DNA from: Eledone cirrhosa
Lineage: Eukaryota
Direction of reading: 5' to 3'
Assembly (NCBI GenBank): GCA_964016885.1
Contig: OZ024742.1
Coordinates: 91,016,001-91,080,000, forward strand
DNA length: 64,000 nucleotides
In this document: piece by piece, positions 14,621 through 25,700 of the stretch
Position numbering within the stretch: the first letter of the stretch is position 1
Layout: each line of letters begins with the position of its first letter
Notes under the pieces: model-generated
Database searches by the model: none
What the model was told of the DNA's origin: nothing
Seen by the model: only the letters and a program-made list of their open reading frames with translations
Program-made: the position numbers and the translations under genes

Positions 14621-15344
14621 CACAAGCCATGGGTCCACTCGAGGCTATGTTAAAAGTACGTGTCCAAGAAGGGAAGCAATGGCTTTAGGCTCTTTTTTTT
14701 AAAGACAGTAGGGTAAAATTTAAATACAATGTTCTTGCTAATTCTGGTAGGTAGAGTAAGCAAATACGTAGGAACCAGGTCATTGGTTTGCATTGTTAAT
14801 ATTTTAGCCATGACATTGGCATTTTGAAAGATATGAAATCGAAGCTGTGTGTTAGTCTCTCTCTATTTCTTCCCTCCCCCTCTCTATCTCTCTCTCACCA
14901 GTGTTCCTACACTATATTTAATATACCGTAACACAACAAATAAGGAGATGATAGTTTAGCTTCTTTTCTTTCGTTTACGTTGTTGTTAATTGTATATTCT
15001 AGTCATCCCTGATCCAGTATTACAATGATCAAAACGACTCCAACTCTGACCATCCCAACTTTTTTTAGACAAATTATATATAGCGTCACATTATCCGATT
15101 TGTTCGTGCATTTTAAAGTTAGTATGAGAGTATTTGGTTGAGATTCGGTTTCTAGTCAATTTTACTGTTCATCTTTCCAAAAGATCCATAAAATAAGGTA
15201 CCAATAAAGTACTGGGGTCGATATAACCTAACACCTTTCCGAAAATTAAATGATATTATCACCGCTCCCGACTAAATACAAATAGTAAACATTTGCCTAT
15301 TTCAGAATTTAATTAATTAATACTGTTGTAAGGCTGTTGTAAGG

Positions 15345-15548
15345 CGTTATTTAGTTTTATTCTTTTACGTTCTAAGTTCAAATTTCTTTGAAATAATTTT
15401 CTATTTTATCCTTCACGGGCACCGGTAAAATGAAAATCCTAGTCAAATACTGGAGCCGATTTACTCGACTACACACACGCAAACCTATCCCACCCTACTT
15501 TAATCCTCCAAAAATTGTGTGGCCTTGTGCCAAAATTAGAAACTATGA
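15345..15548 (+). mobile_element. Highly decayed copy of the dominant SINE
   Basis: GTTCTAAGTTCAAAT and GGCCTTGTGCCAAAATTAGAAAC. Confidence 0.55.
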
Positions 15549-15716
15549 TTATTAGTATTATTGTTGTATTTCTTTTTTCAGTCTTGTTGTTTACAGGATG
15601 TAACAAGGAAATAGAAGAGAAAAATATATATCAAATGTAAAATAAAACAGCAGCAGCAACAATAAATGGAAGAAGAAAGAGTGAAAAGATTTATTTGTGT
15701 ATTTGTTGGATGTTTT

Positions 15717-15755
<39 letters not shown>

Positions 15756-17006
15756 TTTTAAATACAATTTAAAAAGAGAAAGGAAGAGAATTTCACGCTA
15801 GCTGTGCCTTTGACGTTTAATGTAGCTCAACTTTCAGGTGTCAATTATAAAGGTAGATAGAAGCGTGGGAAACTCCTGTTGAACCAGCATCTAGCCTCGT
15901 AACTGCGCCTGACTTGTCCTGCTTAGCTAATTTATGGGAAAGTTTTCAGTCTTTTCGGCTAAAGTCTTGCTGTGTACTACTGCTGTTATTGTTGCTGTTA
16001 GGGTTGTGATTGTTGCTGTTGTTGTTTGTGGTGGTATTGTTGTTATTGTTGCGTTTCTTATATTTGTTGATGTTATTGTAGTGTTTGGTGATAGTGTTAC
16101 TGTCAATACTGATATTTGTTGTTGCTGATGGTGTTATTCTTGTTCATTGTACTCGTAGAGAGTTTTAAGGAATGGAAGAGATGGGGGATATATTGAGGCG
16201 TGATAGTCTTCAAATATCGGTGTGCCTCTTCATTTGCAATGACCTGCAGTGAAGTCTAATAAAATACATAGTCTAATAAATACATAGTAGTGTAGTAAAG
16301 TGGGCGCTAGCATACTCGGTGTCATACGACAAGAGATTTTAATCAATTAAAATTACACAATGATGAAAATAATCATTATCGTTGATAAGGTCTTATAAGG
16401 TTGAACCATGTTCAGAGTTGGGACAACATTGCGAAAGGTCGAACTCACTTTCCATTGCATTATATAATTTATGTCCTCCACAGCCACCTCCGTAGGATAA
16501 ACGAGAAGGTGACTTCGACAGGATTTGAACTCAGATCATAAAGGGATATAACTAAGTAGTTCAGGCATTTTGCCTGGCACCACGAATACCATAATCCACT
16601 GCTCTTCTTCTGAGGAAAATATACCAGCCACGTAATACCAGCACATATTTACCTGTTCAGAATAACATTAGTAAAAGAAGTGGTTAGCTTGCTAGTCTAT
16701 ATCATGTTCCTCATGTGTTATTGACCGGGGTTATAATTACTCAATCTCTAAAACAACTTAGTCAACCTATTTGCAAATAGGAAACACAGGCGAGGAAAGC
16801 ATAACATCTTCCATCAGCCGAAGCCCTGGTGATTCGACAAGTGATTTGTTAGGTGCTGGCAGTGACGAGTTCTATCTTTCCTACGGTAAAAGCCAACTGA
16901 AGTAGATTTCTTACTTCTCAATTTAACGTTACCAAAATAACTTTAGATATGTAGTAGGCGATGTGAAACAACAATGCATATTTTAATTATTAATAACCAA
17001 TATTAT

Positions 17007-17280
17007 GGATGCCAACGTGGCCAAGTGGTAAGGGTGTTGGACTTACGATCAAAATGTCGTGGGTTGAATTCAAGGGTTGTGTGTTGTGTTCTTGAACAAA
17101 CCATTTCATTTCATGTTGCTCCAGTATACTCCACTGAAAATGAGTACCAGCAATAGTTGGAGTTTTAACACTTCGATGAACTGGTGTACTGTCCAGATGG
17201 GAGTCTTGTACTCTCAGTCTCTCCACTCCATGAAATAAGCACCGGTCAGATGAGCCTTCTGGCTTAAGACAGACTTTAGA
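17007..17280 (+). mobile_element. tRNA-derived SINE, V-SINE-like
   Basis: A-box TGGCCAAGTGG, degenerate B-box GGGTTGAATTC, GTGTTCTTGAACAA, and GATGAACTGG..TACTGTCCAG..TACTCTCAGTC resembling the V-domain. Confidence 0.6.
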
Positions 17281-18805
17281 CTTTAGAGACTAGATTGTGA
17301 CTAAATTTCTAATATAGTCACAATACCACTCAATATATCGGTGCCAGGTCTTTATGTGTTCTTTATTATATCGATCCAATAAATAAGAATGGTCAAGTCG
17401 AACTTAAAGTGATGTAATTAAATACTGTAAAGACAGTAGCCCGACGCTCGTGTGATTCTCCCTAGCCACTATTCACTCATAATCAATATTACTTGTTTTA
17501 AAACAATGAAGCAACGTTGTTTTTATTAACTAATAACTAATAATGTTTATTTTGTAAATAATAATAGCCAATGTTGATCATTTATTTATCTAATGGCTAA
17601 TATTGATTATCGTAATAAATAATTGTCAATATTGATTAAGAAAATGCAATATCTAACTTAAAACGTCTGAATTTTAAGAAATTTCAAAGAGTGTTTTAAG
17701 CAATCATGCCTTTTATAAATATATATTTGTACAAAATTGTATTATGTGTTGCCACCATCAAACAGATATTCTTCTTTCTTTGGTCTTGTAACTCCTTAGA
17801 GAGTAGTAGGATCGCCGTATTGACATACGACATTCTGAGTAGCGTTGAATATACCAAATTTCTTCCAGAGAAGAAGAAATAGAATTACAGAAATAAAATT
17901 AACAACATCACACAAAATTACATCACACGTAAAATTACATCACACTACAGGTATAGCAGTGAATGAATGTTGTTTAGTGAACAATTAAGTAGTTTTAATA
18001 AATTTTTAACGAAACAATATTTATGTAAATCTAACTTATCGATTGCGTAAACCCACTACTTTTGTGATTATTTTTGTTCGGCACTAAATCAAATTGTATT
18101 TTATATTTGATGAGAATTAAACACGATTTGAAACTTCTCATGCAGATGCAATTTTTCTGTCCACAGGAGAATGAAAACACAATATTTGTTTATAATACGT
18201 TCAATTCAGTGACAGCGCTGGTGTGTTTCGAAAACAAGTTTACCTTGCAACCCATTACAGATTATAAAAAAAACTGCTTTATTCCGACAAGTGCTTTTCT
18301 AGTTGTCATAATGATGGCATTCCGGCAGGGCTGACATATCCTCCGATCTTCGCCAGGTGCTTCTTGTATTTTGTAAAATTTTCGGATTTGTCAAGTTAAC
18401 CCTTTATATTACGAAGTTAGATTATTCTTGTTTCCGACATTCATTCTTAAGCAATACTCATATTAATTAATTTGATACTTAGGATGGCGCTTGCTTGTTC
18501 TACTTGAGCTCAAGGGTCACTAGCTTCGGGATGGAAAACCTTATTTTGGTTATTGTATTTTTGTATACTCTGGTTTACAGGAGAAGTTCTCGCTTTTCTT
18601 AATAAATGGAAAACACCACGGTTCGATGGAATGAAATCTCAGCTTAGAATACATAAATGTATGTTTAAATGGGCAAGTCGCCACTGACAAAGAAAATTAG
18701 AAAGATTTAGAGCTGACTTGTCTCTACCAAAAAACGAAAAGGAAATAATTCCATCTGAGAGTTGATAACAGAAGTGTCTATCACACACACACGCACACGC
18801 ACACG

Positions 18806-18899
<94 letters not shown>

Positions 18900-19419
18900 G
18901 ACACACACGTGCTCTTTATTATTGTAGTTATTTAAGTTATTTACATTCCTCTCTATATAACATACACGTTCGTTATATAAAACAGTATATACAGTTATCG
19001 CTATTTACGTAGTTATGCGTGTGTGTAAAAATCCTATTTTATTTAACCTTGTCACGGTACACGACATACATTGTGAATTGTGTTTTCAATAAAATAACGA
19101 ATCTAAATAAATTAATCTGTTAAATATTAACAACAAAGCTAAACATTAGCTTATTAATACCATGCCTCTTTTCTTTTCTGTTTCAACTTATGATCTTCAG
19201 TTTCACCTGTGAGAGGGAAAAAATGGAGGACATTCTGAAATATTTCAATTTAATTCGGGTCGAAAGTTCAAAGATATCATAAGACAAATATTTTCCTAAA
19301 ATAATACTTTGTATGAAATAAAAAAGAAGAAACGTGGAAGTGGTTTGTATTGTAATCGGTAACTCAGGCGCTCAGCAAGCCGTCGATACGGGTTTCGTGT
19401 ACCGTCAGAGGGCCGTTTG

Positions 19420-20730
19420 TAATTGTTAAGTCACAAATCCATAAAAATCATGAAAGACGTTCCATTCATGAGCATCACATCTTTTGTTCCATAATCTATT
19501 AAGGAATGCCTTGCTGTCTATGCAAATATAATTTGATGAAATGGCCAAGAACCACGAGTTTGTTCGATGCTGGAGTGGTTGGGATTGTTTATTTTCTCTG
19601 AAGATCGTAGAAGAACTTTTAATCGTATCGTCAGAGACAATTGTAGGTTCATAGACGATGATAAGAGTTTTGGATATACGGTGTTTGAGTGGGATCCGGA
19701 AGGTCATCACAGTTCGCTGATGGCTGTGGAGATGAGGTTGTACTGTCACACGAATTTGGTCTTCACGGCAAAGCCTACCCCATGGATGCGTTGCTTGCTT
19801 ACCTCCTTCCCTTTCCAAAAGATTGTATAGGTGGATCCGATTTCTTTGTTGAATCCTTCTTCGAGGAGCCTGGTTTCACTCAAAGCAGCCACATCGATGT
19901 TGAAACAGGGCAGCTCGCGACACACAAGTGCCATTCTTCTGGGTGATCTGTGTCCCTGATATACTTCAACGTACGCTCGTACAATGATCCGATAGTTAAA
20001 GAGTTAAAATAAATAGAGGTTTTGTCAGTGTTTCTTGATTTTCTAGGGTTTCGACCGCATAAATGAGTCATCTGCTGACCGGGGTTAGCCAGCTGATCGT
20101 TACCCCACCTTTTCTAGGGGCTTCTTCTCTTGGGGTGGGCTACGGGGATCCTGAATAGGCCAGTCCAGTCACGAGTCATGCTGTCAAATCTTCATGGTCA
20201 CGAGAGGGACGATGATCACGAACCCACCACCAAAGTGTAGGCGCAGACTGAGGGTTACCAGATTACCAAGCTTGCCCCCATCGCGTGCGGGACCATCAAC
20301 GCTGGACTTGCTGAAGATTGGATGAAAGAGAAGTTAAAGAGATATTTCGATGAGACCATTCACGTGAATTTGATTTTGGTGGACAACTCTGCGCGACGGA
20401 GAAGCCCACTCACTTGGCCAGAAGCACCTCCCTCGCAGCTCAAAGGGGATTGTGACAGGCAGGATCTGGCAATACTGGTTGCATCGGGGGGCCGAATGCT
20501 TGGTCTGTCAAGGGCCGCCATGGTTACGCCAGTCAAACTGGAGCTGCCCTCTTCCACCGGTTTAGCTGTTGAGGTCGTATAGAATTTGTTTCCACTCATT
20601 CCACCTTTTAGGTCTTCGGGGCTGATTGTGTTCCTCCATGATCATGCCGCCATGGGTAGCCCTTCTGGCGGCTTCGCTCCTGAGATCACTGTGACACGCA
20701 AGCCCTGAACTCCACCACAACAAGGGACTA
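19420..20730 (-). mobile_element. RTE LINE 5' portion: 5'UTR plus decayed AP-endonuclease
   Basis: MTHLCGRNPRK start; ALVCREL..FNIDVAALSETRL.EEG...YTIFWKG....RIHGVGFAVK; 5' end CCCTTGTTGTGGTGG..GGGCTTGCGTG..GGGCTACCCATGGCGG resembles RTE/BovB-type termini. Confidence 0.88.
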
Positions 20731-20857
20731 CCATTGGAGGGAAAAAAGAATACCAATATAATGATATCAAATTCAGGCACAAGTTCAGTAAGTTTTGTGG
20801 AAGGACAAAAATCATTAAATAAACACCAGTACTTGACTGGTATTATTTTGTCGAAAA

Positions 20858-21050
20858 GGCGGTGGATTGGCAGTATCAGTAGAGAGTCGGATACCATGCT
20901 TTGAAGCATAGATTTACGTCCCTATATGATCTGAGTTCAAATCTCGCCGAGGTTAACTTTGCCTTTCATCCTTACGGGGTCGATAAAATAAAGTACCAAT
21001 AATGTACTGGATAATTGCTGGCCTTGTGCCTAAAATAGAAACAATTATTT
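20858..21050 (+). mobile_element. Dominant SINE, full-length copy
   Basis: GGCGGTGGATTGGCAG head, GAGTTCAAATC B-box, core and tail all present. Confidence 0.85.
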
Positions 21051-21222
21051 TGTCGAAACCCGAAATACATACATGCATGGTTGTGTGCGTGTGCGTTATT
21101 TATAGTCCACGAAAATATTTTTATTTCGAAGAACCCATAATACAAAGAACTAAAGTATTTGTATGTAAACCTATTCAAATATATTACGCAATGGCCACAA
21201 TTATACAATATACAGTATATAT

Positions 21223-21255
<33 letters not shown>

Positions 21256-21261
21256 TATATA

Positions 21262-21313
21262 CAGAATTAGCCGTCGAAACGGCTTGAGCTCAGCTGTCGG
21301 GGTCTTACTGGTT

Positions 21314-21317
<4 letters not shown>
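21262..21317 (+). mobile_element. Short remnant of the GC-rich fold-back family (also 23898-24087 and 61918-62128) between TA tracts
   Basis: CAGAATTAGCCGTCGAAACGGCTTGAGCTCAGC is identical to 61994-62026. Confidence 0.8.
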
Positions 21318-21349
<32 letters not shown>

Positions 21350-21355
21350 TATATA

Positions 21356-21585
21356 TATTGTTATACTTTGGGAGGGTCATGTTGCCAATATAAGGAACAC
21401 AAGCACCAGTTGCATTTACTTCAATTTATTATAATAAATTTATAAATTTATTATAATAAATTGAAGTAAAAGCAACTGGTGCGTGTGTTCCTTATTGGCA
21501 ACATGACCCTCCCAAAGTATAACAATATCGGTTTCAACACACGTCTTCAGATAAAGAATCTTGCTAAACATATTCAGAAACGAAA
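21356..21585. mobile_element. Fold-back mini PLE insertion (two inverted pLTR ends plus tail) in (TA)n
   Basis: About 85-bp inverted arms centred near 21442, then the tail ATCGGTTTCAACAC...CAGAAACGAAA also seen at 22933-22994. Confidence 0.85.
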
Positions 21586-21611
21586 TATATATATATATAT
21601 ATATATATACG

Positions 21612-21642
<31 letters not shown>

Positions 21643-21795
21643 TGTTATACTTTGGGAGGGTCATGTTGCCAATAAGAAACACACGCACCAGTTGCTTTCA
21701 CTTCAATTTATTATAATAAATTTATAATAAATTTATAAATTTATAAATTTCTGGTTGGTTGGTTGGTTCCACAACCAGATAGTTGTTTATATATT

Positions 21796-21838
21796 GTCAT
21801 AGTTCTTTCGTCACACACTCTGTGACCTCTTCAGTGAC
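21796..21838 (-). ncRNA. Hammerhead ribozyme in PLE pseudo-LTR
   Basis: Minus strand: GTCA-CTGAAGA-g GTCAC agagtgt GTGAC-GAAAG aa CTA-TGAC. Confidence 0.75.
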
Positions 21839-22039
21839 TGGGGATTCCTCTCTTTGTTTCTGTGCCTCTCCTTTGTTCTGTCCTACGCCATTTTGTTTCT
21901 CTGTGTGTTTCGTGTGCTCAGTCTGCGCATGCGCCACATCCGGGTGTCTGTGTGTGTTTATGTTCATTTATTTATTTGTTTATTTACATGTTACTGGTTG
22001 GTTGTTTGTTCTATGTGTGTGTGTGTTTTCATTTTGTCC

Positions 22040-22563
22040 TTAATTGTTAGTTGTGATGTTGCTGTTCCACTCATATTTTCTATTTAATTTTGGTTGTAAT
22101 TCTTTTATGTTTATTGCCTCTGTAATTTGTCTAAACATTGCGTCTTTTCTGTGTGTAGATTCTATTTTTATTTCTATGTTCTCTAATTTACCCTTGTGTT
22201 CTATTTTAGCATGTTGGTAGAGTACAGATGATTCTTTACTATCTTGAAGGTCTCGCCAGTGTTCATTTATCCGTTCCCCTACACTACGAGCTGTCTCACC
22301 TATGTACACTATATTTTTGTCTCTACATTGTCCTTCAGTACACCTTAAGCTATACACTACATTTCTAGTTTTACAGTTAATATGGGGGCTTATTTTACAG
22401 GTTATACATTTCTTATCTATACATGAGGGTCTTTGAAAAGGGTATGTCTTGCTAATAAGTGTTTTTACGGAGGTACCTGGTCTTTCTACTATCTTAATAT
22501 TGTGTTTATGTTTATTTAGGGCCCTTCTAAATTTGTAAGCTAATTCACCTCTAGGGGTTGTAT
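22040..22563 (-). pseudogene. PLE GIY-YIG endonuclease C-terminal fragment (open frame, no native start)
   Basis: CIDKKCITC linker, NVVYSLRC...C....YIGETARSVGERINEH, YQH...EH, RQITEAINI...PKLNRKYEW; the ORF-track N-terminus (22564-22792) is only inverted pLTR sequence. Confidence 0.92.
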
Positions 22564-22736
22564 CGATGAACAACCAACCAGTAACATGTAAATAAACAAA
22601 TAAATAAATGAACATAAACACACACAGACACCCGGATGTGGCGCATGCGCAGACTGAGCACACAACACACACACAGAAACAAAATGGCGTAGGACAGAAC
22701 AAAGGAGAGGCACAGAAACAAAGAAAGGAATCCCCA

Positions 22737-22779
22737 GTCACTGAAGATGTCACAGAGTGTGTGACGAAAGAAGTATGAC
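22737..22779 (+). ncRNA. Hammerhead ribozyme in the inverted pseudo-LTR (stem III mutated)
   Basis: GTCA-CTGAAGA-t GTCAC agagtgt GTGAC-GAAAG aa GTA-TGAC. Confidence 0.65.
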
Positions 22780-23406
22780 AATATATAAACAACTATCTGG
22801 TTGTGGAACCAACCAACCAACCAGAAATTTATAAATTTATAAATTTATTATAAATTTATTATAATAAATTGAAGTGAAAGCAACTGGTGCGTGTGTTTCT
22901 TATTGGCAACATGACCCTCCCAAAGTATAACAATATCGGTTTCAACACACGATTTCAGATAAAGAATCTTGCTAAACAAATTCAGAAACGAAATATATAT
23001 ATATATATATATATATATGTGGGGGGGGGGGGGCGTGCGTGCGTGCGTGCGTGCGTGCATGCGTGCGTGTGTGTCTGTATGTCTGTGACATCTGTAAACA
23101 GTCTTAACAATGCTGACAACCCCAAGACCGGTTGATGACTATAAACAAAAGTTTAATGAATCGGATTAATTGCCGCTGGAGACGGGAAAACGAGGTCAGA
23201 GACCCATGCGGGGATATGAACCACTTATACCCTGCGTGTTGGGCGAACCGGCCCATGACATCAGATGACATTCGGTGGCTAATTACAGACACTTTACAAG
23301 ATTTAAACGTATAGCTAGAAGTGTGAAAAAGATTCCTTGTCTTACAAAGCATTGAGAAATTTGAAATCTTAAAACATAATCACTACAACTAAGTCATACA
23401 CACAAA

Positions 23407-23483
<77 letters not shown>

Positions 23484-23497
23484 GTATATATATTTAC

Positions 23498-23800
23498 TGT
23501 GAAGGCGCGTGACTTTGTGGTCAGGGAATTCGGCTCACGATCGTAAGGTTGTGAGTTCGATTCCAGGCGGCGCGCGTTGTCCTTGAGCAAGACACTTTAT
23601 TTCACGTTGCTCCACTCACCTGGCAAAAACGAGTTGTTTCCGTTATTCGAAGGGCCAGCCTTGTCACATTCTCTCTGGGAACTACATTAGGGGTACGCGT
23701 GTTTGTGGAATGTTCAGCCACTTGCACGTTAATTTCACCTGCAGGCTGTTAAATTGATCGGATCGACTGGAACACTCGTCGCCGTAATCGATGGAGTACC
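23498..23800 (+). mobile_element. tRNA-derived SINE, second family
   Basis: tRNA-like head with B-box GAGTTCGATTCC, conserved TGTCCTTGAGCAAGACACTT block, then a ~200-bp body. Confidence 0.75.
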
Positions 23801-23806
23801 TTGCAT

Positions 23807-23897
<91 letters not shown>

Positions 23898-23899
<2 letters not shown>

Positions 23900-24082
23900 A
23901 CAAAGAAGGTGTGGTAAGCTACCTGGTGGACCATAACGCACCAGAGGACTCGATACTGGGTAATAGGAAAAGAGAAAGGACTCCGACGGCCGAACCCCGG
24001 CCGCCTCGACAACCAGATCCGAACAGTTCGGATCTGGTTGTCGAGGCGGCCGGGGCTCGACCATCGGGGTCCTGACACTTTT

Positions 24083-24087
<5 letters not shown>
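23898..24087. mobile_element. GC-rich fold-back element in (TA)n
   Basis: Palindrome centred on 24025 (CCAGATCCGAAC-A-GTTCGGATCTGG); the tail is the reverse complement of 62075-62128. Confidence 0.85.
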
Positions 24088-24145
<58 letters not shown>

Positions 24146-24234
24146 GATAACAAAATATCGTTATAGGTAATCCAGTTAGACTGTAAATAAATCCCCTTTT
24201 TTGTACTGTTGACCATGTTATTCTCCACTTTTTC

Positions 24235-24279
<45 letters not shown>

Positions 24280-24362
24280 CGTTATTCCGGGTTGAATCGG
24301 AGGTAACCACACTAAGTAAGGTACTCAATACATAGCAGAGTATAAAAGTTTTAATATAGATG

Positions 24363-24413
24363 AGATTCTACAGGACTAGAACTGTTTCATTCTTTAGAAA
24401 TCATCAGGAATCT
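24363..24413 (-). ncRNA. Hammerhead ribozyme (type I)
   Basis: Reverse complement of 24560-24610. Confidence 0.8.
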
Positions 24414-24559
24414 GTGTATCAAAAAATAATATAGCTTTAAAGAATTAGCTTTTAATGAATTCCGTTTTCTATCAACCAATGACCTCTACCCATCCCACTC
24501 CCTACCCTCTCCTACCACCTGAAGAGCCCTATAAATACCATATTTATTTTTTGATACCC

Positions 24560-24610
24560 AGATTCCTGATGATTTCTAAAGAATGAAACAGTTCTAGTCC
24601 TGTAGAATCT
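24560..24610 (+). ncRNA. Hammerhead ribozyme (type I)
   Basis: AGATTC-CTGATGA-t TTC taaa GAA t-GAAACAG ttctagtc CTGTA-GAATCT: 6-bp stem I, 4-bp stem III, GUA cleavage triplet. Confidence 0.82.
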
Positions 24611-24623
24611 CATCTATATTAAA

Positions 24624-24652
<29 letters not shown>

Positions 24653-24659
<7 letters not shown>

Positions 24660-25133
24660 ATGTTGAAAAGGTAACACACTAGAGAGAGATACAGTGCGTT
24701 ATCAATAAAACAGGGAAAAACCACCAGTGTATGGAATCTATAACCTATGAAAGGCAGACTATAGAGACTTTTAAAAATTCTCTTAGTGTGGTCTGAAATG
24801 TATAGCCTTACACAGGCTGAAGACCCGGTATTATTCCATTTCTGTCAACAACTTACTGGCGAAACAGATCTCTTTGGATTTGTACGTGTGTTATATAGTT
24901 ATAGAGGTATTTATTTACGCTTTAATTTATATTTTTAATTATTGTGTCTATAGTCTGCCTTTCATAGGTTATAGATTCCATACACTGGTGGTTTTTCCCT
25001 GTTTTATTGATAGCGCACTCTAGTGTGTTACCTTTTCAACATATTGTATTTTAAAGAGCTCAGGATTTCCTCTCCTTTGAGCACATTATTTACAGGGAAT
25101 GGCGAGAGTCTATGGCTCCATTAATTTATCGTG
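24653..25133 (+). mobile_element. Fold-back HHR element in (TA)n, distinct family
   Basis: 24653-24765 is inverted at 24947-25049; the HHR lies in the spacer; unpaired tail runs to ~25133. Confidence 0.82.
24810..24891 (+). ncRNA. Hammerhead ribozyme (type I, extended stems)
   Basis: ACACAGG-CTGAAGA-c CCGGTA..TACTGG c-GAAACAGATC tctttg GATTTGTA-CGTGTGT. Confidence 0.78.
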
Positions 25134-25165
25134 ATATATATATATATTATATATATTATATATAT

Positions 25166-25258
<93 letters not shown>

Positions 25259-25260
<2 letters not shown>

Positions 25261-25700
25261 GTAATTAGGAATATTCCAAAGCTTGGTAGAACAAGTTGTG
25301 AGGAAAGTTATCAACATACGTTAAGGTGACTCGACAGGTTGGTAGGGATTCTGTAGTGGAAACACGAACAACGAGGAGTGTAATCAAAAAAGAGAAATAG
25401 GACGAAGGTAAACAGTTACAAAAGGATTTAATCCACGTATTAACAATTGTTTCATCAGAATTTCAGTCCATTATTGCTACACTATGTAATAATAGGCAAT
25501 CAAGAAAGATACTGTGGCATCCTAATTTTCAAAATACAAACTTTGTATTTTGAAAATTAGGATGCCACAGTATCTTTCTTGATTGCCTATTATTACATAG
25601 TGTAGCAATAATGGACTGAAATTCTGATGAAACAATTGTTAATACGTGGATTAAATCCTTTTGTAACTATTTACCTTCGTCCTATTTCTCTTTTTTTGAT
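25259..25700. mobile_element. Fold-back element: ~158-bp-arm palindrome plus unpaired tail, in (TA)n
   Basis: 25383-25540 / 25542-25700 are inverted with a 1-nt spacer, one mismatch and one homopolymer indel. Confidence 0.9.

Larger units (their letters stand above)
21641..22994 (-). mobile_element. 5'-truncated Penelope-like element with inverted pseudo-LTR, flanked by (TA)n
   Basis: 21641-22005 and 22570-22933 are near-identical inverted repeats enclosing a GIY-YIG reading frame, the classic truncated-PLE layout. Confidence 0.92.
24281..24627. mobile_element. Fold-back HHR element in (TA)n (family also at 29330-29358 and 60942-61083)
   Basis: 24348-24428 and 24545-24625 are inverted copies, and each holds an HHR. 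Confidence 0.85.

Noticed and set aside
19380-19415. Minus-strand CTGACGG-tacac-GAAAC-cc-GTA
   Set aside because: A9 is missing and stem I cannot pair.
21525-21560. Minus-strand CTGAAGA-cgtgtgtt-GAAAC in the PLE tail
   Set aside because: No stem I or III pairing, and the second copy (~22951) has CTGAAAT.
23498-23575. Possible tRNA gene
   Set aside because: No clean cloverleaf and it continues into a SINE body; the same applies to 17007-17080 and the dominant SINE heads.
23975-24075. A-to-G differences from the 61918-62128 copy as fossil ADAR editing
   Set aside because: C/T and other differences are about as frequent; two copies cannot show a bias.
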